12,825 bases of DNA from contig JAZGAD010000026.1 in the NCBI GenBank assembly GCA_036444275.1, positions 1-12,825 of the forward strand. Direction: 5' to 3'. Shown one piece after another: positions 6,785 to 12,825 of the stretch. The notes beneath the pieces are model-generated. The model did not search any database. It was not told where the DNA came from and worked only from the letters and a program-made list of their open reading frames with translations. The position numbers and the translations under genes were made by a program. The stretch's first letter is position 1. The number at the start of each line of letters is the position of its first letter. The DNA comes from Candidatus Hydrothermarchaeales archaeon. Its GTDB lineage: Archaea; Hydrothermarchaeota; Hydrothermarchaeia; Hydrothermarchaeales; JAZGAD01.

Positions 6785-7642
6785 ATGACAAGGCTTTTGG
6801 GGGTATTATTGATAGTAGCATTATTAATTGCTGGTTGTGTCAGTGGAGATCAAAAACACATCACCTTCTCCGAACTTGTCTCCCAGTCTAGACGATATTC
6901 TGGGAAGGAGATCTGCACAGAAGGATACTATCTTAAAGAAGGATACTATCTTAATAATGCTTTTGAGGTTTCAGCGTTGGGAGAAAGCTATGAATCCGCA
7001 GGCTACGGTTTTGTAAAACACAAAGAGCCATTAATCTGGATTCGGATAGAAGAACCTTTAGCTGAGGATTTCTGGAATCAACTGAAAAATTATACTGAAG
7101 CCTCTGGGTCTTATTTTTTTGACGAGATCTCTGTTTGCGGAAAGTTTGAATACGGCGAGGGATATGGACATCTCGGCGGTTATGAATATCAAATTAAAGT
7201 CGCCGAGGCAGCGGTGATTGGAACAAGCACGACCAAACCAAAAAGATCTATGCCGCATATACCAGACGATTTTGAAGTTGTTTACTCAAGCCAGGCCTTA
7301 TATGTCCCCTGGGGTGGTTTTTCGTACCATATCTATAGAGACGGATTTGTGATCTATCATTCTGATTATGGACACCTTACCAAGGATTTTAGGGAGGACC
7401 TAGCTACTTTCGTTTTGACCGGTGAAGAGCTTTTTTCAATCTATAGGAGCATATTGGATAACGATTTTTTTGGGCTAGATGAGTATTATACCGATCCAAC
7501 TGTCGTTGATGGGGGAACGACTTTTTTGAATGTCACCGCAGATAATAAGACTCATCAAGTTTGGGTTCAGAATGCTGATGTTCCGAGTTTTAACGCCGTA
7601 ACAGAAACGATCAACAATATTGTGGCTAAAATGGATTTTTGA
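6785..7642 (+). CDS. Putative two-domain lipoprotein (C-terminal domain DUF6438-like)
   Basis: Lipobox LLIAG|C after a hydrophobic stretch; linker TSTTKPKRSMP. C-domain ...IYRDG.V.Y...FF.L...Y....DG.TT.L.VT...KT..V is reminiscent of DUF6438 (tentative). Confidence 0.75.
   Translation: MTRLLGVLLIVALLIAGCVSGDQKHITFSELVSQSRRYSGKEICTEGYYLKEGYYLNNAFEVSALGESYESAGYGFVKHKEPLIWIRIEEPLAEDFWNQLKNYTEASGSYFFDEISVCGKFEYGEGYGHLGGYEYQIKVAEAAVIGTSTTKPKRSMPHIPDDFEVVYSSQALYVPWGGFSYHIYRDGFVIYHSDYGHLTKDFREDLATFVLTGEELFSIYRSILDNDFFGLDEYYTDPTVVDGGTTFLNVTADNKTHQVWVQNADVPSFNAVTETINNIVAKMDF
6919..6954 (+). repeat. Exact 18-bp tandem duplication, in frame
   Basis: AGAAGGATACTATCTTAA at 6919-6936 and 6937-6954, encoding EGYYLK-EGYYLN. 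Confidence 0.95.
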
Positions 7643-7676
7643 GGTTGAAAGGAAAACCATTTAGTAACATGGTTGA

Positions 7677-8375
7677 ATGTCTAGAATAGGGGGATATTCC
7701 AAAGTGAGAATATTCAAAACGAAACAAAGAATTTTAGTTTCGATAATTCTAATTGTGGCATTATTAATTTTGGCATGGTCCCCGTGGATAACAAAAAGTT
7801 ATGCAGAAAACATAGTTATTTCCCCATTTGAAGAAAGTCAAAAGGATATTATTGACGGTTGCGGTTTTAATTGTCTTGGATGTGGGGTGACTAGTTCAAA
7901 TAAGGTTCTTTTTGGCTATTCTGTTGATATTGAATACGGATGTGGGATGAGCCCATATACCCAAAAGGCCACTTTCTTTGTTTCTTTTCTAAGAACTGTT
8001 CATTACAATGATCTTGGTCCGTTGAAACATCTTTCGAATATACAAGGTGATCCTTTTGGTGCGCCACCCAAGGGAATTTCTCCTAATTGTGGTCCTGAAA
8101 TGAGATACAAATTTGATGTAACAATTGATTCAAAAGATGATTTTGTAGATTTCATAAAAAACAACGAAATAGATCCATGGGTAAAATTAGATAATTTCAA
8201 AAATGAGCAGCGAGGAGAAGTTAATTGGGATAGAGTGTTAGGTTCAATAAAAACCGATAAAATAGGGAGTAGAACAGTTTATGCACTGGATTATTATCCA
8301 AGTGAATGCTCACAGCATACATTAAAAATGACTAACGACGGCCATGTTTCTGTGTACGGTTGTTGTGGAAAATAA
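7677..8375 (+). CDS. Hypothetical membrane-anchored Cys-rich exported protein, AT-rich
   Basis: Basic N-terminus plus TM (ILVSIILIVALLILAW); DGCGFNCLGCG...YGCG; NCGP...ECS...YGCCGK. A sampled 60-nt line (7741-7800) is 35% GC, visibly lower than the flanks. The true start may be slightly downstream. Confidence 0.75.
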   Translation: MSRIGGYSKVRIFKTKQRILVSIILIVALLILAWSPWITKSYAENIVISPFEESQKDIIDGCGFNCLGCGVTSSNKVLFGYSVDIEYGCGMSPYTQKATFFVSFLRTVHYNDLGPLKHLSNIQGDPFGAPPKGISPNCGPEMRYKFDVTIDSKDDFVDFIKNNEIDPWVKLDNFKNEQRGEVNWDRVLGSIKTDKIGSRTVYALDYYPSECSQHTLKMTNDGHVSVYGCCGK

Positions 8376-8489
8376 TAAGAACCGTTGGATAATTGGGATG
8401 GACGGACTCGGCAACTATCGTTCGCTATCTCACTCAGTGCTATCGCACAGCCACAACAGCGATTTACTGGGACCAAGAAATGAAAATTA

Positions 8490-8563
8490 AGCCTCCGGAG
8501 GGATTTGAACCCTCGACCGTCTGATTACAAGTCAGACGCTCTGGCCAACTGAGCTACGGAGGC
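8490..8563 (-). tRNA. tRNA-Thr (anticodon TGT), no intron, CCA not encoded
   Basis: Reverse complement GCCTCCG TA GCTC AGTTGGCCA GAGC G TCTGA CTTGTAA TCAGA CGGTC GAGGG TTCAAAT CCCTC CGGAGGC T forms a full cloverleaf, followed by T-rich TAATTTTCATTTCTT. Confidence 0.97.
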
Positions 8564-8609
8564 ATCTTAAGTGCTAAAGGTTATATTGTAACTCTCTTAA
8601 TCTTTATTT

Positions 8610-9248
8610 ATGATTTGTTGTGGTGTCGACGAAGCTGGAAGAGGCCCGGTGCTCGGCCCATTAGTTGTAGCTGCGATTGCATGCGAAGAAGACAATTTTC
8701 AAGGTTTAAAAGAAATCGGCGTTAGAGATTCCAAGAAGCTGAAGGCTCGTAAAAGGGCTGAGTTGTATGAAACATTGGTCTCGCAATTCCAATATCAGGT
8801 AATCAAGATCCAGCCACAAGAATTAGACTCTTACAGAAGGAAAGGGGGGAGTCTGAACGAGCTTGAGGGCGCTAAATTCGCAGAGCTGATCAACCGCCTG
8901 AAACCCTCCAAGGCCTATCTGGACTGCGCTGATGTATCACCAAGCAACTTCAGGCGCCTTGTGATTAAGACTCTCACACATCCATGCGAACTGGTAATAG
9001 AGCATAAGGCCGATGATAGGTATCCAATAGTGGGAGCTGCCTCCATAATAGCGAAGGTGGAAAGGGACCGTGATATAGAACTCCTTAAAGAAGAATACGG
9101 CGAGATAGGGAGTGGCTACCCTTCTGACTCGAAGACGATTGCATTCATAGAGGCATGGTACAAAGAGAAGCACGAATTCCCAAGCTTCGTCAGAAAGACA
9201 TGGAAGACTTCATCCCGAGTGAAGAACAGAAAACTACTCGAATTCTAG
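8610..9248 (+). CDS. rnhB: Ribonuclease HII
   Basis: GVDEAGRGPVLGPL, VRDSKKL, EHKADD.YPIVGAASIIAKVERD, GSGYPSD, and a C-terminal PIP-like box NRKLLEF. Confidence 0.97.
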   Translation: MICCGVDEAGRGPVLGPLVVAAIACEEDNFQGLKEIGVRDSKKLKARKRAELYETLVSQFQYQVIKIQPQELDSYRRKGGSLNELEGAKFAELINRLKPSKAYLDCADVSPSNFRRLVIKTLTHPCELVIEHKADDRYPIVGAASIIAKVERDRDIELLKEEYGEIGSGYPSDSKTIAFIEAWYKEKHEFPSFVRKTWKTSSRVKNRKLLEF

Positions 9249-9758
9249 CTAGCTACTGTCCTCCCCTAACATCTTTCCCATGCGCTTTTTCAACTCCACT
9301 AGATCGTTGCTGAGACCGAAGTAGTCAGCGAATTTCTGGGTCGTAGAGAGCAACTTTGTCCTGCCTTTAGGCTCAGCCGACAAAAACTCCTTATTCAAGA
9401 GCGCCTTGACATGTACATATCCCACGTAGCCCCGTGCCTTAATCACTTCTGCTTGGGTTATCGGCTGCCTCAAAGCTACTAGAGAGAGGGTTTTAAGAAC
9501 ATCCTGGGAAACAGCAGGTTTAACCAGGTCAATGAGTGGTGCTGCGAATGCATCTCTGGCCTGCATGAAATACTGGTCCTTTCCGATCCTCCTTATCTCT
9601 AGGGCGCTTTCCTTTTCCTCATATCCTTTTATCAAGCCATCAATAATCTTCTTCACTTTACCCTTCTTCAGCCCGAGTATCCTAGAGAGCTCCTCCACAG
9701 ATATGGGGTCGTTAGATACGAAGAGAGCCGCTTCCACTAACTGTTGTTCATCATTCAT
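9249..9758 (-). CDS. scpB: SMC-Scp complex subunit ScpB (kite)
   Basis: VEAALFVS..PIS..EL, LKTLSLVALRQPITQAEVIKARG, TTQKFADYFGL; directly follows scpA. Confidence 0.95.
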   Translation of the reverse strand: MNDEQQLVEAALFVSNDPISVEELSRILGLKKGKVKKIIDGLIKGYEEKESALEIRRIGKDQYFMQARDAFAAPLIDLVKPAVSQDVLKTLSLVALRQPITQAEVIKARGYVGYVHVKALLNKEFLSAEPKGRTKLLSTTQKFADYFGLSNDLVELKKRMGKMLGEDSS

Positions 9759-9759
9759 C

Positions 9760-10413
9760 TTAATTCCTCAGGGTTATGAATATCTCTCCGAAAAGTTCCT
9801 TCTGCCAAATCTTTACCCTTTGGTCCGAGGCGAGATAGAGGAGTGAAACTATCACCTCTACTATGCAGCTTTTACTCCTCTCGGGTAACAGCTCTGAAAA
9901 CTTGATCACCTCATGCAACTTCGCCAGCTCCTTGATCTTCTCGTACAGCTTCAGGATCTTCTCTTTTATGCCCTCCTCGTCAACCTGAATGACCAGCTTC
10001 CTCTGCCTAACTTCCCTTGGAAAGTTCTTCCTTATCATCTCCTCGCTGAGTGCTCTCTGCAGTGCCTCAATGAGCTCGAATAAAGTTGCTTTTCGCTCGG
10101 CCCTCCTCCTAGCCGGCACACTTATCGACGGCGCTTCTCTATCAGCGTCTACAATTTCCTCTTGGTCATAGGCATAACCATCCCAGAATTCATCCTCAGA
10201 TTCAATTTCCTCAGGCATTAGAGTATCAGACTTCATCCTGAGCAAGATAGAAGCAGCCAAGAGCGTCTTACCAGATAGACGGAGATTTATACTGCTCATC
10301 TCCTTCACCTTCTCCAGAAATCTATTAGCTATGCCTGCTATGTCAATCTCCCAAGGGTCCATCTCCTCAGAGAGCACGAGGTCTATAAGCAGGTCAACTG
10401 GATGCATCTCCAC
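9760..10413 (-). CDS. scpA: Kleisin ScpA
   Basis: PVDLLIDLV...MDPWEIDI..IA..FL, SGKTLLAASILLRMKS, TLFELIEAL, LLYLA.......Q.ELFGEI. Start is GTG 10413 or ATG 10407, overlapping the smc end. Confidence 0.95.
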   Translation of the reverse strand: MEMHPVDLLIDLVLSEEMDPWEIDIAGIANRFLEKVKEMSSINLRLSGKTLLAASILLRMKSDTLMPEEIESEDEFWDGYAYDQEEIVDADREAPSISVPARRRAERKATLFELIEALQRALSEEMIRKNFPREVRQRKLVIQVDEEGIKEKILKLYEKIKELAKLHEVIKFSELLPERSKSCIVEVIVSLLYLASDQRVKIWQKELFGEIFITLRN

Positions 10414-12825
10414 TTTCTTGCAACTCCACTCCGATTATCTTACTTATCCCATCCTCATTGGTAACGCCGAAGAGCTGATCAGCCGAGGTCATCAAGTCCT
10501 CCCTTAAAGATACGACTATGAACTGCGCTCTTTTAGAGGATTCCATTATAAGCTCCGAGACACGCGTCAGGTTCGTATCATCCAGGTACATGTCTACTTC
10601 GTCTAGGATGTAAAAGGGCGCCGGCTGATAGTGCTGGACTGCAAAGATAAAGGCGAGTGCCGTTAAAGTCTTCTCGCCACCTGACATGAGTTCGATGTAC
10701 TGGGTGTTCTTCCCGGCTGGCTTAGCCCGTATCTGTAAGCCGCCCTCTAAGGGTTTTTCATCTTCTAATAGGAAGTCTGCCTCTCCACCGTCTGAAAGCT
10801 GGGAAAAGATATGCCTGAAGTTCAATGCTATGTTCTCGAATACCTCCATGAAGATGCTCTTCTTCCTGTGGTCGATCTCTTCCATAAGCTTCAGGATCGC
10901 TTCTTTCTCTTCTCCAAGTTTCTCTACTCTAGAACTCAGGGTATCGAACTTCTCCTTTACTTCCCCGTACTCCTCTACTGCCCGCATGTTTATAGGCTCC
11001 AGAGCTTCTATCTCTACTTCCATTCTGACTATCTCCTTCTCCAGCTCTGCGATATCCATGGGTGCTATAAGCTCTATCTCGAGGTCGGCGTAGGCCTTCA
11101 CAGCATGCTCTACATCCTCCAGTTTAGTCTCGTGTCTCGCCTTCTCTATCCTCGAGTCTTCCATAGTTCTCCTTATGTCAAGGTGCTTCTCCTTCAGTTC
11201 CTCTCTCTTCCGCTCTATGGCTTGCAGTCCCTTGATGAAGAACTCCCTCTTATCCCTCAAAGCTCTTATTTCTCCAGTTACCCCCTTCTCCTTCTCCTTC
11301 AGCTTAGCTAGGCTTGCTTCCAATTCACTTTTCTTGGCTCCTATCCCCGAGAGTTCTTTTGCTGCCTTCTTTTTAGAATAAAAAATGTCCAATAGGCTTT
11401 TCTTAAGGGCTAGGAACTTTGGATGCAGGACCTTCTGTACCTCAGATTCGTTTAGGCTTATCCTCCCCTTTTTCCCCTCTCTCTCTGTCTCTAGCTCAAG
11501 GAGTCTCGTCTCCAGTTCTTTTATTTCCTTAAGTACTTTTTCTTCCCTCGATACATCGAGCTCCTTCTCCAGGGCTTCTTTCTCACCCTTGAGACTCAAT
11601 ATTCCGGCAGATGCTATCCTTATCCTTTCACCAGCTTTCTTGATGATCCCCTCAGCCTCAGTTATGCTAGCAGATATTTCTCTAGCAAAAGCCTCTTTCT
11701 TTGCCAACAGCGTCGTTAGTTCTTCAACTGTATCTCCTCTAGAGTTCAGTCGCTCTCTTAGGAGCTCCTTCTCCCTCTCCAGCTCCAACTCTGAGGAGGA
11801 TATCTCTTCTAGGCTTGTTTTTAATTCCTCTTCCTGTTTCCTAAGCTCTGCCTTTTCCTTCTCCAAACGCTCTATGTCGTGTCCCAGCGTCTCCAGTTTT
11901 TTCTTTGCCGCATTTACCGCCTCGAAACCCCCGCTTGGCTTATAGTATCCCCCACTCATTGCACCAGACGCTTCTACTAAGTCGCCGTCTAAGGTGACCA
12001 TCCTGGCTCTACCGATATTTTTCTTGGCAAATGCTATGTCACGCACAACTACGGTATTCCTGAATACATAGGCAAATGCAGGTTTGAACTTAGAGTCGTA
12101 TTCCACTAAGTTCAAAGCGAAGCCATAAGCATGTTTGGCTATTGCCTGTTGCTCGGCGTTCGGCTTCGTTGCCTTGAGCTTGTTGAGTGGCAGAAAGGTG
12201 CATCTTCCAGAGCGGTTCTTCTTTAGATAGACTATACATTCCTCAGCCACGTCCTCGTTTTTTACTACAATGAAATTCAAGCCACCGCCAACAGCAGCTG
12301 CCAGTGCCTTGGAGAACTTTGGATCAACTCTCCCGAGTTCAGATATAGTACCAAGGATTCCTCCTATCCTCTTCTCATCCCTCAGCTTTAGAATCTCAGC
12401 GATAGCTCTGCTGAAGTTCTTCTCGCCAGCTTCTTCTATGGCGTCGCATTTTGCTTTCAGCCTCTCGAACTCCCTGACCTTGACTTCGTAGGCAGTTGCG
12501 AGCTTATCTATTTCCTTTCTTACATCGATAAGCCCCTCGATGGTAGCCTTCTTCGTCAGGATATATTCTTGGAGATTCTCCTCTGCGTTTTTCCTGTTTT
12601 TGGCGAGCTCTCTTAACTCTGAATTTAGCTCTTTAAGCCTAGACTTTTTGTCCTTAAGCTCCTCCCTCGTCTCTATGAGGATTCTCTTCCTTTCTGCGAG
12701 CTTCTCCTCTGATAGGGACTTCTCTCTTTCAGCCTGTAAAAGTGTCTCTTGCTCTGTCTCCAGCTTCTCTCTCAACCCCTTCAGGTTCTCTCTAAGTTCT
12801 AGTGATGCTCCGTCCCCTGAGATTT
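10394..12825 (-). CDS. smc: Chromosome segregation protein SMC, C-terminal part; 5' end lies outside the window
   Basis: Frame stays open from 12775 to the window edge. Hinge (GRCTFLPLN, VTLDGDLVEASGAMSGG), coiled coils, PINMRA, signature MSGGEK, Walker B/D-loop FYILDEVDMYLD, QFIVVSLR. Confidence 0.98.
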   Translation of the reverse strand, partial: ISGDGASLELRENLKGLREKLETEQETLLQAEREKSLSEEKLAERKRILIETREELKDKKSRLKELNSELRELAKNRKNAEENLQEYILTKKATIEGLIDVRKEIDKLATAYEVKVREFERLKAKCDAIEEAGEKNFSRAIAEILKLRDEKRIGGILGTISELGRVDPKFSKALAAAVGGGLNFIVVKNEDVAEECIVYLKKNRSGRCTFLPLNKLKATKPNAEQQAIAKHAYGFALNLVEYDSKFKPAFAYVFRNTVVVRDIAFAKKNIGRARMVTLDGDLVEASGAMSGGYYKPSGGFEAVNAAKKKLETLGHDIERLEKEKAELRKQEEELKTSLEEISSSELELEREKELLRERLNSRGDTVEELTTLLAKKEAFAREISASITEAEGIIKKAGERIRIASAGILSLKGEKEALEKELDVSREEKVLKEIKELETRLLELETEREGKKGRISLNESEVQKVLHPKFLALKKSLLDIFYSKKKAAKELSGIGAKKSELEASLAKLKEKEKGVTGEIRALRDKREFFIKGLQAIERKREELKEKHLDIRRTMEDSRIEKARHETKLEDVEHAVKAYADLEIELIAPMDIAELEKEIVRMEVEIEALEPINMRAVEEYGEVKEKFDTLSSRVEKLGEEKEAILKLMEEIDHRKKSIFMEVFENIALNFRHIFSQLSDGGEADFLLEDEKPLEGGLQIRAKPAGKNTQYIELMSGGEKTLTALAFIFAVQHYQPAPFYILDEVDMYLDDTNLTRVSELIMESSKRAQFIVVSLREDLMTSADQLFGVTNEDGISKIIGVELQESGDASS

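Noticed and set aside
8361-8458. Inverted pair TGTTGTGG (8361-8368) and CCACAACA (8451-8458) as a complete attC
   Set aside because: The order is GTT...AAC, the reverse of attC, and the intervening sequence does not pair.
119-9846. Short alternative-frame or antisense ORFs in the track (e.g. 119-349, 1165-1458, 1907-2125, 2525-2719, 2847-3062, 5593-5934, 5792-6235, 8294-8476, 9532-9846)
   Set aside because: Almost all overlap better-supported genes, and none has recognisable motifs.
10686-12491. Several long + strand ORFs (135, 166, 68, 186, 73 aa) opposite smc
   Set aside because: Ser/Phe/Leu-rich shadows of the Glu/Lys-rich coiled-coil codons; no independent coding signal.
1-12825. CRISPR array, transposase, integrase or rRNA
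   Set aside because: No regularly spaced repeats, recombinase motifs or rRNA-like tracts were seen.

Overview
Archaeal (euryarchaeal-type) chromosomal window. Housekeeping genes sit at both ends. Left: the 5' end of diphthine synthase dph5 (minus strand, missed by the ORF track), divergent from the tRNA m1G37 methyltransferase trm5. Right: tRNA-Thr(TGT), rnhB with a C-terminal PIP box, and a convergent smc-scpA-scpB operon (smc runs off the window). Between them is about 7.3 kb of accessory-looking DNA ending at the tRNA 3' end. It holds a vapBC-type TA pair, an epoxyqueuosine reductase QueH/DUF208 homologue (unexpected in an archaeon), and a DUF6516 (TumE-like) plus HTH TA-like pair with a palindrome over its promoter. 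It also holds a two-gene operon of a 728-aa multi-pass cell-surface protein and a membrane-tethered ArsR-type regulator, preceded by a perfect palindrome just upstream of BRE/TATA, then a lipoprotein and an AT-rich Cys-rich membrane-anchored protein. The best candidates for new biology are the transmembrane sensor/regulator operon and the archaeal QueH. Family assignments come from motif recognition by eye; no searches were run.
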